Positions 53,467 to 64,000 of a DNA stretch of 64,000 nt are shown here, in pieces (position 1 is the first letter of the stretch; each line of letters starts with the position of its first letter). Position numbers and translations under genes: made by a program. Below the pieces are notes generated by a model. That model was not told the origin of the DNA and did not search any database. It saw only the letters and a list, made by a program, of their open reading frames with translations. Origin of the DNA: Sphingobacteriales bacterium (GTDB lineage: Bacteria > Bacteroidota > Bacteroidia > Chitinophagales > JADIYW01); contig JADKIQ010000004.1 of NCBI GenBank assembly GCA_016721245.1, positions 152,442 to 216,441 on the forward strand, written 5' to 3'.

Positions 53467-56079
53467 ATGATTCGATTTGATTTTTTTATGATGACTTTGA
53501 TTTGCTGGTTTAGTAGTTACATGACTGCATTGTCTGCAGATACTCTTCCGCAATTACCCGCATATCATCACGTGCGCGAACATAAATTCGATATCAAAAA
53601 TATAGATATCAATTTGCGTTTCAACTGGCAACTTAGACAGGCATACGGAGAAACATCCATTTTGTTATCACTTACGGAAGCTTCGGATTCCGTGATGCTG
53701 GATGCAGCAAAACTGAGTATTCAAAATATTACTCTTACCAACGGGAAACAGCTTAAGTTCAGATATGATGGAAGCGAGGCAGATAATGCACTGAGGGTAT
53801 TGCTCGATAAGCAATATCCGGCCGGCGAGGAACTGACGCTTAAAATCAACTATCATACCAATTGGATAAACAGGTCTGATCCCAATAGTTTATGGGGAAG
53901 TTTTGGCAAAGGAATTCGGTTTCTCGAACCTACTTCTACCGACCCGGTAAAGAGAAAACAAATCTGGTCAATGGGTGATGCCACAGGCAATCGTTACTGG
54001 TTTCCGTGTTATGATGCGCCGGATGATGTAAGATCAAGCTCATTTACAGCTACTGTAGATAAAGGGTTTACAGCAATCTCTAACGGTAGGCTTTTAAAAA
54101 CAACGGATAATGCGGATGGCACACGAACCTTCAGCTGGAAGGCAGATGTTCCCTATGCCAATCATCTCACTGCATTTGTTGTTGGTGAATATGTGGATGT
54201 ACTGCAAAAATATAATGATACCGAATTGCATAATTTTGGATATGAAGAGGAAGCGGCTGCTGTTAAAGCAAGTGTGGAGCGTTTGCCGGATATGGTGAAA
54301 TACTTTTCTGAAGTAAGCGGTGTACAGTATCCGTATGCATCCTACGCACAGGTGTTTGTTCAGGATTTTGCTGCCTGGTCGGGAAATCATACGATGTCTG
54401 TAATAACGGAAAATATGGTGGATGATTTCCGTACACACGCCGATTATTTTTACCTGTGGGATTTAACGGAAGCAGAAGCGCTCGCACAGCAATGGTTTGG
54501 AAATTATACTGCCTGTAAAGACTGGAGTGAAATATGGCTGAATAAATCATTTGCACATTACTTTAACTGTTTATATAATGAACACAAAAACGGACGGGAT
54601 GAATTTTTACTGTATCAGTTGTTGTATGATCAGCAGACTGTTTATCTGAATGACTGGAATGGAGGTTACCGGCATCCGGTAGTAACAAAAAATTATGACG
54701 ACATTCAGACCTTTACCGGTGATAATTATGCGAACACCCGTGGTGCGCTCGTATTGCATATGCTTAGAAAACATTTAGGCGATGATGTCTGGTGGAAGGC
54801 AATAAAATTCTACATGCAAAACAGCGCCGGTAAGTTGTGTACTACCGCTGATTTCCAAAAATCTGTTGAACAGGCAAGCGGCGAAAATCTGGATTGGTTT
54901 TTTGATCAGTGGATTTATAAAATGGGACACCCTGTTTTTGAAGTGAGCAAACAATATGATAAAGAGAAACATCAGCTTAAATTATTCATTAAACAAACAC
55001 AAATTACTGACAAGAATAATGCTTATCCGCAGAAAGTATTTTACAGAGGGAAAATGGATATCGAAATAGATGATAGCATCTATCAGGTATGGATAGCACC
55101 GCAGGCAGATAATATCTTTACATTTGCTTCAGCACAAATGCCCTTGTTGGTACAGGTGGATGCAGGTAGTACCTGGATTAAAGAAATGACATTTGATAAA
55201 TCTTTAGATGAATACCTGTATCAGTTGCAGCATGACAATGACATCACCGGCAGAAATATGGCGCTTACTGCGCTGTCTAATCTGGCGGCCGATAAGTCTG
55301 TTGCAGCGGCCGATAAAGCAAGGATATTTACAACTTTCAGAAATGTAATACAGAGCAGTGTTTACTGGCGGCTGCGGACCAATGTACTTGCCCAGTACCG
55401 GAATTTAGTGTTGCCGACAGGAATAGCCAGACCGGCAATACTTGATACGGCTACTTCTGAAATGTTATTGTCTGTCATCCGGAATGAAAAATCATGGTTG
55501 CGCACTTCTGCCATTACATTTCTGGGCAACACGGGAAACCCGAAGTACCTGGATGTTTATCTAAATGCACTGAACGATGAAAGTGAACGTGTAATAAATG
55601 CGGCAGCTAACGCATTGGGAAAAACAAAAAGCCCTAAGGTATTTAAAGCATTGGAAACGCTGAAAGATAAACCATCCTGGAAAAATCAGAGTTTAATCAG
55701 CGCGTTAAACGGTTTCAGAGAATTGGGGAATGTTAAGGCATACAAAATTGCCTTCAATGCATTGTGTGATTTGCATTCACCGCACTGGACATTGGCAACG
55801 CCTGTATGGGATTACCGCCTTGCCGCCGCAGAAACGATTGCATCTCTCGGAAAAAGCGCTGCTGCATTTCCGTTTATCTTTTCTGCATTTAATAAAGCAC
55901 TTGCAGAAGACGATGTGCACGGCATCTTTTACAATATTGTAATCATTAATATGCTGGCAGACAGTAGAGGACAAAAGGCATATGAGTTGCTGAAAGAAAA
56001 ATACAAAAATGACACGGACAGCATGGCAACGGTTAATCAGTATGAAGAACAATTTAAAAATACACTTAAAAAGCAGTAA
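53467..56079 (+). CDS. secreted M1-aminopeptidase homologue lacking zinc ligands (pseudopeptidase) with C-terminal HEAT-like repeats
   Basis: M1 fold landmarks: FPCYDAPD, WFGNYTACKDW, YANTRGALVLHMLRKHLGD, DWFFDQWIY. HExxH is replaced by EALAQ and NEG by NKS, and there is no HExxH anywhere in the 870 aa. Confidence 0.8.
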   Translation: MIRFDFFMMTLICWFSSYMTALSADTLPQLPAYHHVREHKFDIKNIDINLRFNWQLRQAYGETSILLSLTEASDSVMLDAAKLSIQNITLTNGKQLKFRYDGSEADNALRVLLDKQYPAGEELTLKINYHTNWINRSDPNSLWGSFGKGIRFLEPTSTDPVKRKQIWSMGDATGNRYWFPCYDAPDDVRSSSFTATVDKGFTAISNGRLLKTTDNADGTRTFSWKADVPYANHLTAFVVGEYVDVLQKYNDTELHNFGYEEEAAAVKASVERLPDMVKYFSEVSGVQYPYASYAQVFVQDFAAWSGNHTMSVITENMVDDFRTHADYFYLWDLTEAEALAQQWFGNYTACKDWSEIWLNKSFAHYFNCLYNEHKNGRDEFLLYQLLYDQQTVYLNDWNGGYRHPVVTKNYDDIQTFTGDNYANTRGALVLHMLRKHLGDDVWWKAIKFYMQNSAGKLCTTADFQKSVEQASGENLDWFFDQWIYKMGHPVFEVSKQYDKEKHQLKLFIKQTQITDKNNAYPQKVFYRGKMDIEIDDSIYQVWIAPQADNIFTFASAQMPLLVQVDAGSTWIKEMTFDKSLDEYLYQLQHDNDITGRNMALTALSNLAADKSVAAADKARIFTTFRNVIQSSVYWRLRTNVLAQYRNLVLPTGIARPAILDTATSEMLLSVIRNEKSWLRTSAITFLGNTGNPKYLDVYLNALNDESERVINAAANALGKTKSPKVFKALETLKDKPSWKNQSLISALNGFRELGNVKAYKIAFNALCDLHSPHWTLATPVWDYRLAAAETIASLGKSAAAFPFIFSAFNKALAEDDVHGIFYNIVIINMLADSRGQKAYELLKEKYKNDTDSMATVNQYEEQFKNTLKKQ

Positions 56080-56103
56080 TTTACTTATCATAAAATTTTA
56101 AGA

Positions 56104-56625
56104 ATGAAAAGATCCGAATTAAATCCAATGCCGGAATATTTTGACCGGTATATCAACATGGCTGATGATGTTGAGTTGATGGACGCCTTACACATCAGTA
56201 TGGAAGAACTAGAAAATGCACCTGTAGATAAATGGAAAGCATTGGGTGACAAAGTTTATGCGCCCGGCAAATGGACGGTGAAGGATTTGCTGCAGCATCT
56301 AATTGATACGGAACGTGTATTTAATTATCGAGTGGTGGCTTTTGCCAGAAAAGATCCTCAAAAGATGCTGGGATATGATGAAGCCCTGTATGCTGCAAAT
56401 GCACATGCCCAACAGCGCACAATAGAGGATTTGCTGGAAGAATTAAAAGCAGTACGATTGTCAACTATTTATATGTATCGTTCGTTTACGGAGGAGATGT
56501 TGTTAACTATTGGAAAAGGTTACAGTATGGAGTATTCGGTGGCTTCTATGGGTTTTATGATTCCCGGACACCAGCGCTGGCATTTACGAGTACTGGAAGA
56601 AAAGTACTTTCCTCTTTTATCTTAA
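56104..56625 (+). CDS. DinB-family protein
   Basis: 173 aa; LLQHLIDTERVF; C-terminal GHQRWH. Confidence 0.75.
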   Translation: MKRSELNPMPEYFDRYINMADDVELMDALHISMEELENAPVDKWKALGDKVYAPGKWTVKDLLQHLIDTERVFNYRVVAFARKDPQKMLGYDEALYAANAHAQQRTIEDLLEELKAVRLSTIYMYRSFTEEMLLTIGKGYSMEYSVASMGFMIPGHQRWHLRVLEEKYFPLLS

Positions 56626-56740
56626 TCAACATCAAATAATAACGGCTTTCCACAGCCTGTTGCAAATATTTCTTTGCATTGTACTTATTTTATTGAAAAT
56701 AAGAATAAATTGTGACTGTTTTTAACGACTAAATCAGTTT

Positions 56741-57601
56741 ATGCGAGGAATATTGATACCGATTGGAGGAAATGAAGATAAGGGCATTGGAGAAAATGAA
56801 AAATACACACTGGAATTTATCGACAAAGGTATTTTAGCAAACGTAGTGAAAGAAAGCGGCGGTAAAGATGCGAAGATTGTGGTGATTACGACGGCTTCCA
56901 GTATACCGCGCGAAGTGGGAGAGAATTATGTGGATGCATTTACCAAACTGGGCTGCAGTAATATTTCTATCATTGATATCCGTGAACGCGATCAGTCGGA
57001 CGAGCCTGAATATTTACGCCTGATTACGGAGGCGAATTGTGTAATGTTTTCGGGCGGCGACCAGTCGAAGATTGTAGATAAAATCGGTGGTACGGTATTG
57101 CACGATATTCTCAGACGCAAATTGCAGGAAGAGGTGTTTGTGCTGGCGGGTACCAGCGCGGGAGCCATGTGCATGAGTGAAGAGATGATCAGCGGCGGAC
57201 ACAGTACAGAGGCTTTGTTTAAAGGCGGTGTGCATATGCGTGACGGCATGGGATTTTTACCGGAAGTGATTATCGACACACATTTCATTCAGCGAGGACG
57301 TTTCGGCAGGCTGACGGAAGCAGTGGCCACCTTTCCAAAATTATTGGGTTTAGGGCTGGCAGAAGATACCGGATTGATTATTCGTAATGCCACGGAATGC
57401 GAAGTGATAGGCTCGGGTATGGTGATTATTTTTAACCCTAGCAAATTACAGCATAATAATGTGGGCATTTTAAAACAAGGTTTGCCGGTTTCCATTACCA
57501 ATCTTACGGTGAATGTCTTAGCCTGCGGCGATAAAATTTTCCTGAACGACCGACATGTGGAAGTAATGACGCTGGAAGAATATGACAGGATACAACAATA
57601 A
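56741..57601 (+). CDS. cphB: cyanophycinase (peptidase S51)
   Basis: IPIGGNEDK, FSGGDQSKI, nucleophile motif AGTSAGAM. 286 aa. Confidence 0.9.
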   Translation: MRGILIPIGGNEDKGIGENEKYTLEFIDKGILANVVKESGGKDAKIVVITTASSIPREVGENYVDAFTKLGCSNISIIDIRERDQSDEPEYLRLITEANCVMFSGGDQSKIVDKIGGTVLHDILRRKLQEEVFVLAGTSAGAMCMSEEMISGGHSTEALFKGGVHMRDGMGFLPEVIIDTHFIQRGRFGRLTEAVATFPKLLGLGLAEDTGLIIRNATECEVIGSGMVIIFNPSKLQHNNVGILKQGLPVSITNLTVNVLACGDKIFLNDRHVEVMTLEEYDRIQQ

Positions 57602-57701
57602 AACTCAGCGGCGTAGACATTGAAAAGAAAACGATAGACTTTGAACTGGCAACGGAGAAGAAGGTGATGTTTTAGGTTTGTTAGAAACTTGATTTGACTG
57701 A

Positions 57702-58226
57702 TTATTGTTCCTTATACAATTTCCTCAATATACTAATCTGTCCCCGGTGGTGGACTTCGTCTTCAGCAAAATGATACAATACCCAGGCAAGGTTACAGCC
57801 TGTATCTGCATCGTAATCATCTATGCGTTTTGAAAATTCTTCAAAGGATAAATTATCCAATGCTTTTAAAAACAGTTGTCGCGATTCCGCCAGTTCTGTA
57901 ATATATGTTTCAACAGGTTTGTCATTTATTAGCTGCGGAATGTATTTTCCTATTTCCAAACCCGGTAGCCATTTTTCTGTTTCTTGTTTCGTTAGATCTC
58001 GTCTTTCAATGTAATGAATACGGAAATAGTTTTCAATAGCTATGATGTGCGACAACAACACGCCAATGGTATTCCAGCCTTCTTTAAATTGCCAGTGCAA
58101 TTCTTCCGCAGGTAAGTTTTCCAATCTTTGTATAGTAGTAAAACGTGCATCTTCCAGTATGCCTAAGAGATAATCAATGGAATGATCATTTGCCTTGTTA
58201 AAATCTATGCGGAATTTTCTTTTCAT
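57702..58226 (-). CDS. DinB-family protein (DUF664-like)
   Basis: LLSHIIAIENYF; EDEVHHRGQI. Confidence 0.75.
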   Translation of the reverse strand: MKRKFRIDFNKANDHSIDYLLGILEDARFTTIQRLENLPAEELHWQFKEGWNTIGVLLSHIIAIENYFRIHYIERRDLTKQETEKWLPGLEIGKYIPQLINDKPVETYITELAESRQLFLKALDNLSFEEFSKRIDDYDADTGCNLAWVLYHFAEDEVHHRGQISILRKLYKEQ

Positions 58227-58246
58227 TTATAATTAACCATTCATCA

Positions 58247-59464
58247 TTAAATTAGCGCCTGCTCAAAATCCGTAATAATATCCTCAATATTTTCCAGACC
58301 CACAGACACGCGAATCAAGCCATCCGTAATGCCGTATTGCAGGCGTTGTTCTTTCGGTACATTCACGTGGCTGGTGGAAGCGGAGTGTGTCACCAGTGTA
58401 TCTGCCGTGCCCAAAGAGGCAGTCAGTGTACAGAATTTTATGTTGCGTTGAAATTGCATGCCGGCTTCCAGTCCATCAAGCAGTTCAAAACTTAGCATCC
58501 CGCTGAATCCTGTCATCTGGTCTTTGGCTAAAATATGGTCGGGATGATTTTCCAAGCCTAAATAATTCACTCTCGATACTTTCGGATGATTCGATAAGAA
58601 CTCCGCCAGTGCCTGTGCATTTTTCTGATGTTGCTCCATACGAAGCGGCAAGGTCTTCACCCCATTATTCAATAAGAAAGCTTCAAACGGAGAACAAATG
58701 GCGCCCAGCATTTTTTGCAGACCGTACACTTTCTTGTATGTTGCTTCATCCATCTTTGCCACCAGCACACCGGAAGTGCCCGTACCATGTCCGTTCAAAA
58801 ACTTAGTAGATGAATGCACCACCATATCAATGCCGAATTTTAAAGGTTGCTGAATATACGGTGTGGCAAAGGTATTGTCCACCACCGTTTTGATGCCTAA
58901 GTTCTGTGCAATGGCGGCTAGTCCGTCTAAATCATAACAAGCCAGTGTGGGATTTGCCGGCGTTTCGATATACAGCAATTTTATTTTTTCATCATTGATG
59001 ATAGCATCTTCTACAAAATTCAGATCTTTCAAATCTGCGTAAATAGTTTCTACTCCGAAATCTTTTAACAGTGAAACCATTAGTTCATTCGTGGTGCCGT
59101 ACAAATTTCCTTGTGTAATAATTTTATCACCCGCTTTCACGTTCGCCATAATAGACGCGGCAATAGCTGCCATGCCGGACGCAAACAACATTCCGAAATA
59201 AGGTTCCTTTTCGTTGTCAATTCCAAAAGATTCCAGTGCAGCAATTTTATCTCCCACAAAACGCACCGTCGGATTTCCCAGACGTGAGTACGTATACACA
59301 TCCTTATTCTTTCCGCCGCTCTTGAAAAATTCAAAGGCAGCATCTAAGTCTTCATAGGTAAAAGTAGAAGTGGCATAAATGGGCGGTACATGCGCGGATA
59401 ATCCGTCAATCACCGGATCTTTTACACAAATGGAATGAAATCCTTTTTTAAAGTTTGTATTCAT
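58247..59464 (-). CDS. Cys/Met-metabolism PLP-dependent enzyme (O-acetylhomoserine sulfhydrylase / methionine gamma-lyase family)
   Basis: YSRLGNPT; PLP-lysine context SSTKFLNGHG. Start placed at the ATG at 59464 (MNTNFKKG). Confidence 0.85.
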   Translation of the reverse strand: MNTNFKKGFHSICVKDPVIDGLSAHVPPIYATSTFTYEDLDAAFEFFKSGGKNKDVYTYSRLGNPTVRFVGDKIAALESFGIDNEKEPYFGMLFASGMAAIAASIMANVKAGDKIITQGNLYGTTNELMVSLLKDFGVETIYADLKDLNFVEDAIINDEKIKLLYIETPANPTLACYDLDGLAAIAQNLGIKTVVDNTFATPYIQQPLKFGIDMVVHSSTKFLNGHGTGTSGVLVAKMDEATYKKVYGLQKMLGAICSPFEAFLLNNGVKTLPLRMEQHQKNAQALAEFLSNHPKVSRVNYLGLENHPDHILAKDQMTGFSGMLSFELLDGLEAGMQFQRNIKFCTLTASLGTADTLVTHSASTSHVNVPKEQRLQYGITDGLIRVSVGLENIEDIITDFEQALI

Positions 59465-59597
59465 ATCCAAAAATAATAAGAAAAAACGTACAGGCATATT
59501 TATTTTCCCGAATACTAAGTAGGAAATGCCAGTTACTAATTTTTAGATACTATTATATGTATTGCTTGTAAAATTGTATCACATAAAAAATAAAATT

Positions 59598-60941
59598 ATG
59601 AAAAACACATTAAACAACATTTTTAAAACAACATTCATGTTATTCATTGGTGTTGCTTTCTTTTCTGTATCCGGATGTAAAAAAGACAAATCGTCCGACG
59701 ATATTGGATATGGTTCCATCAAATCTTCCGACTGGCGTTCAAATATCGGCGACAGTTTTGTGGTAGAAGGTTACTATGATGAAGAAAACGGTATTGGTAA
59801 AATTTATGATGCACCGAAACATCACGATGTAGATGCAGCTACTCCAGAGAAAGATTACATCTTAATCAAGAAACAGTCTGCTCTGACTTATGTGCCGGAT
59901 TATTCTCAGTACATCGGAAGAAGACTACAGATTAAAGGCCGCTTGCTGGCTGCAACGGAGCCTTCTTTAGTAGGAACGGCAAATTTATTGGGTGATATTT
60001 CTCTCGCAACATTGGAAGTTCAAACCTTAAAAATCACAGACAGTGTTAGCTATTTCCAAAAGCCGGTTCGCTTTAGTTTGTGTGATCAGTACCCTGCAAT
60101 TTGTCAGCTGGTATTAAATCCGGTGGCAACGAAAGTAGCCTTCTTATATAGTGGTGGAATTAATGCGGGCAGTGCACATCAGCGTTATTACAATGATATC
60201 AAAGCATTGTACTGGATTTTGCGCAATAAATTCGGCTATTCGGATGCTAATATTGTAGTTTGTTATAAAAATGGTAAACATGATTATGCTGCTTCTGATA
60301 CGTTTAAGATTGACTATGCTGCGTCAACTGCCGGCTTCAATGCTGCTATCACTGACTTGCAGGGTAGAATGAGTAGCAGAACACAGTTCTTCTGTTTTAT
60401 CAATAACCACGGAGGCGGTTTTTCCACATCGGATAATATAAATTATGGAGGTACTGCTGATGGAGACGCAGATGAACCGGGTACAGACTCTAAACATCTG
60501 GATGAGCATATTTACTACTATGGTGAAGGAGCTGATATCAGTGATGATTTACTGAAAACTAAAATCAATTCATTGACATTCGGTACAGGTATCTTTTTGC
60601 TAAAACCTTGTTTCAGTGGTGGTTTGGTATATGATTTACGAGGCACCAACAGGGTAATCATTGCTTCCGGTACGGAGTTTCAGGTAACCTATCCAACCTT
60701 ATCAGGCAGCTACGGAGAGTTGACATATAACTTTATGTCAGCGATTACCGGTAAAACACCGGATGGCGTTACTGTGAATGCCGACCTGAACGGCGATGAA
60801 AAAATTTCGATGTATGAAGCCTATATCTACATCAAAGCAACAGAACACAGAAATGAACAGCCTCAGTACAATGATGATGGAACAGGCAATGTAACAACGA
60901 CACCTTCAAGCTCCGGATTTGGTGCAGGAGTGTATTTATAA
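59598..60941 (+). CDS. lipoprotein with a clan CD (legumain C13-like) cysteine peptidase domain
   Basis: Lipobox VSGC. His-Gly dyad context FFCFINNHGGG and Cys context FLLKPCFSGG. C-terminal DLNGDEKISMYEAY calcium-loop-like motif. Confidence 0.55.
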   Translation: MKNTLNNIFKTTFMLFIGVAFFSVSGCKKDKSSDDIGYGSIKSSDWRSNIGDSFVVEGYYDEENGIGKIYDAPKHHDVDAATPEKDYILIKKQSALTYVPDYSQYIGRRLQIKGRLLAATEPSLVGTANLLGDISLATLEVQTLKITDSVSYFQKPVRFSLCDQYPAICQLVLNPVATKVAFLYSGGINAGSAHQRYYNDIKALYWILRNKFGYSDANIVVCYKNGKHDYAASDTFKIDYAASTAGFNAAITDLQGRMSSRTQFFCFINNHGGGFSTSDNINYGGTADGDADEPGTDSKHLDEHIYYYGEGADISDDLLKTKINSLTFGTGIFLLKPCFSGGLVYDLRGTNRVIIASGTEFQVTYPTLSGSYGELTYNFMSAITGKTPDGVTVNADLNGDEKISMYEAYIYIKATEHRNEQPQYNDDGTGNVTTTPSSSGFGAGVYL

Positions 60942-60968
60942 AGACTGGTTAGTTATTTAGTTAACGGG

Positions 60969-60994
60969 AGACGGCAGTAATGCCGTCTTTTTTT
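60969..60994 (+). terminator. rho-independent terminator
   Basis: AGACGGCA-GTAA-TGCCGTCT followed by T7. Confidence 0.8.
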
Positions 60995-61041
60995 ATTCTC
61001 TAATTCCTTAAATGGACTTAGTTGTAAACTGGTGTGATTTT

Positions 61042-62379
61042 TTATGAGTTAGGGGTAAACAACAAACGTTGACCTTTTGGGCTTTCATCAAATACACCGT
61101 TGTTATACACCAAATGACCATTCACAAATGTTTGTGTTACTTTTCCTGTAAATGCGTGTTGTTCCAATGGGCTCCATCCGCATTTGAATAAAATATTTTC
61201 TTTGGATACTTTCCAGCTTGTATGCATATCAACAATGGCTAAATCGGCAAAATATCCTTCGCGTATATAGCCGCGGTTTTTTACCCGAAAACAATCAGCA
61301 GGAGCGTGGCACATTTTTTCTACAATTCGTTCCAGGGATATTTTTCCTTGCTGATAAAACTCCAGCATAATGTTTAAACTATGTTGCACTAAAGGTAATC
61401 CTGCAGGCGCATTGAAATAAGCATTGTTTTTTTCTTCCTGTGTATGTGGAGCATGGTCGGTGGCCACTACATCCAGTCGGTCATCCAGCAAAGCGGCTAG
61501 TAATGCATCTTTGTCGCTTTTGTATTTTATAGCAGGATTGCATTTTATCTTACTGCCTAAAGCGGCATAATCGCGTTCATCAAAAAACAAATGGTGTACA
61601 CAGACTTCGGAAGTAATACGTTTTTCCTTCAGTGGAATCTGATTGGTAAACAAGGACAACTCTTTTTCCGTAGAAATATGAAAAACATGCAAACGGGTAT
61701 TGTGTTTTTTCGCTAAATCCGTTGCCAGTTTAGAAGAGATATAACACGCTTCGTCGTTGCGAATAACCGGATGATAATTCATTGGGATATTCTCTCCGAA
61801 TTTTAGTTTGTAGTGTTCCGTATTTCGTTTGATGCTTTGTTCATCTTCGCAATGTGTCACCACTATCCCGTTGATATTGGCAAAAATTTTTGACAATACA
61901 TGTTCGTCATCCACCAGCATGTTTCCGGTAGAAGAGCCCATAAATATTTTCAAAGCGCCTACTTTACTGAAATCCGTTTTCATGACTTCGTCGTAATTGT
62001 CATTAGACGTACCCATGAAGAAAGTATAATTAGCCAGAGATGTTTGTGCAGCAATCTGATATTTCTCTTCCAGTAATTCCTGTGTTAAAGCAGATGGTTT
62101 GGTGTTAGGTTGTTCCATAAAAGAAGTAACGCCGCCTGCAATAGCTGCCTTGCTTTCTGTGTAAATACTGGCTTTGTGTGTTAATCCCGGTTCGCGAAAA
62201 TGTACCTGATCATCAATGATACCTGGAATAATGTATTTATCTGCAGCATCAATAATGGTGGCACTTGCATCAGAAATATCTTTTCCGATTTTTGTGATAA
62301 GATTATTTTCCAGTAAAATATCCTGCTGCTCAATTTTTCCTTCATTGATAATGCTTCCGTTTTTAATAAGGTATTTCAT
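61042..62379 (-). CDS. pyrC: dihydroorotase (long, allantoinase-like type)
   Basis: IIDDQVHFREPG; VATDHAPH; 445 aa. Confidence 0.85.
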   Translation of the reverse strand: MKYLIKNGSIINEGKIEQQDILLENNLITKIGKDISDASATIIDAADKYIIPGIIDDQVHFREPGLTHKASIYTESKAAIAGGVTSFMEQPNTKPSALTQELLEEKYQIAAQTSLANYTFFMGTSNDNYDEVMKTDFSKVGALKIFMGSSTGNMLVDDEHVLSKIFANINGIVVTHCEDEQSIKRNTEHYKLKFGENIPMNYHPVIRNDEACYISSKLATDLAKKHNTRLHVFHISTEKELSLFTNQIPLKEKRITSEVCVHHLFFDERDYAALGSKIKCNPAIKYKSDKDALLAALLDDRLDVVATDHAPHTQEEKNNAYFNAPAGLPLVQHSLNIMLEFYQQGKISLERIVEKMCHAPADCFRVKNRGYIREGYFADLAIVDMHTSWKVSKENILFKCGWSPLEQHAFTGKVTQTFVNGHLVYNNGVFDESPKGQRLLFTPNS

Positions 62380-62390
62380 ATACAGGCAAA

Positions 62391-63720
62391 TTACACTTTT
62401 TCTCTTCCAACTTTATGGCCTGCTGTGGCATAATACAAAATGAATAAGTAAGCCGGAATCATCATTAAATAGGCCATTTGCTTATCACCGATTAATTCGG
62501 AAATCTTTCCGTACAGCGGCGGTAAAATGGCACCACCCACAATGCCCATGATTAATAAGGCAGAACCAATTTTGGTAAACTTGCCTAATCCGTCAATTGC
62601 TAATGGCCAGATAGCCGGCCACATTACGGCATTGGAGAAACCTAATAACATAAAGCAAATTACTGCTGTTTTGCCACTTGTAAATACTGATAATAGAACC
62701 AATATCATACTTAAAATAGTTAAAACAAACATTGCTTTTTGTTGAGATATAAATTTTGGTATAGCAACTATATTAAAAAATATATCCAAATAATAAAGAA
62801 TAACCGACATAAGTTGCAAAGTTTTTTGCAGCATGTGGATTAGGAAAAGCTAAATAATATTGACTCTTAAATAAAAATACTTTTATATCTGGTAAATCTA
62901 GTTTATAACCTAAATATTCTCCAAAGCCAGCAAACGTATCATAATTAATTACTTCCACTCCTACATAAAAGAAAATAGCCAGCGCACCTAATAGTAAATG
63001 CGGAAATTGAAAGATACTGGTTTTGCTTCCCGTTATTTCTGCATCCACATTGGTTTCTTCTTCATGCACTTCCGGCATTTTTACAAAGAAAATAGCAATT
63101 GCTAACACCACTAATGCGATAGCCAGAAAAGTGTAGGGTTGAATGACACGTGCTGCCAGATTATTTAATTCAACGGCTTTATCTGCCTCATTTAAGGTTA
63201 AGAGTTTTGCTTTAATTCCGTCTGCATCCTTTAATGCGATAGAACCCAAGACATAAATAGCACAAATACCGGCAATCTTATTGCATATTCCCATGATGGA
63301 AATACGTTGTGCCGCGCTTTCAATCGGGCCTAACACGGTAACAAATGGATTGGCGGCGGTTTGTAATAAGGCTAAGCCGGTGCCGATAATGAATAAACCC
63401 AGTAAAAATAAATTGTAGGTTCTGGTTTGTGCTGCCGGAATGAATAAAATGGCACCAACAGCCATCACAAATAAACCGAGCGACATCCCGTTTTTAAAAC
63501 CTGTTTTCTTGAGTATGATGGAAGACGGGATTGCCATGATAAAATAGGCGGCAAAAAAGGCGGAAGCCACATAATAGGATTGTGTGCTGGTCAACTCACA
63601 GGCTATTTTCAGATAAGGAATAAGCGTGCCGTTTGCCCAGGTAATGAAACCGAATATGAAAAACAAAACACCAATGATGGCGATTTGATAGTTTACCGAA
63701 ACTTTTTTGTCTTCTGTCAT
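62391..63720 (-). pseudogene. glucose/galactose-fucose type MFS sugar transporter split by a 1-nt frameshift
   Basis: The N-terminal ORF (from MTEDKKVSVNYQIAIIGVLFF at 63720) stops at 62773-62775. A C-terminal ORF continues in another frame. The junction lies in the A6 run at 62775-62780 (T6 on the coding strand); removing one base gives ...SLLFGYIFNIVAIPKF... Confidence 0.75.
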
Positions 63721-63862
63721 ATACTTGTTTTTTGTGATGTAATACCAAATATACAAAACCACTGCATAGTTCATCCCGAAAGTTATCAAGAGGATGTTTG
63801 GTAAAAATGTTTGTATTTTAGGTCATTTCCTTATATTTACCCTTTCATAACGCTTCCTGAAA

Positions 63863-64000
63863 ATGAGAAAACAACTTATAGCATACACCTTATTACTATT
63901 GCCTTTTCTTGCGGCTGCACAGGGAACGTATATTCCTATCGGTTCTGATGTAAATCATTATCTGCAGCGCCTGGAAATTAAAACAGGTCTGGTAAAAGGA
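63863..64000 (+). CDS. secreted protein, 5' fragment (continues beyond the window)
   Basis: MRKQLIAYTLLLLPFLAAAQ signal peptide. The frame is open to the window end. Confidence 0.4.
   Translation, partial: MRKQLIAYTLLLLPFLAAAQGTYIPIGSDVNHYLQRLEIKTGLVKG

Overview
A 64-kb chromosomal window from a low-GC Bacteroidota genome. Supporting signs: many TAnnTTTG -7 promoter boxes, a T9SS C-terminal sorting domain, bacillithiol bshC, futalosine mqnB/mqnD, and the conserved blocks rpmB-rpmG-DUF4295-ftsY and ftsX-DUF3098-uppP-truB-ribF. I call about 68 protein genes, one tRNA-Arg(ACG) and an SRP (4.5S) RNA. The SRP RNA is not visible in the ORF track and is overlapped by a spurious N-terminal extension of the neighbouring carboxyltransferase ORF. 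No CRISPR array, integrase, transposase or prophage was seen. Most of the window is housekeeping. Accessory-looking patches lie at about 26-30 kb (FAD lactone oxidase, DUF2804-like gene, two tandem paralogues), about 43-49 kb (AT-rich, orphan genes) and about 49-61 kb (cyanophycin locus). Best leads: (1) an isolated AT-rich gene with a PD-(D/E)xK (Mrr-type) nuclease domain and an unrecognised 200-aa C-terminal domain, downstream of cphA, which is a candidate single-gene defence module; (2) a split cphA...cphB cyanophycin locus whose intervening genes include a secreted M1-aminopeptidase homologue that has lost every zinc ligand and the catalytic Glu; (3) at least eight short tracts with strict 7-nt periodicity at gene boundaries, plus one inside bshC; (4) three G homopolymers (19, 27 and 9 nt) fused to the 3' end of lolD, either an artefact or a very unusual tract; (5) a frameshifted sugar MFS transporter at an A6 run. 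All functional calls rest on motif recognition by eye; no database search was run.
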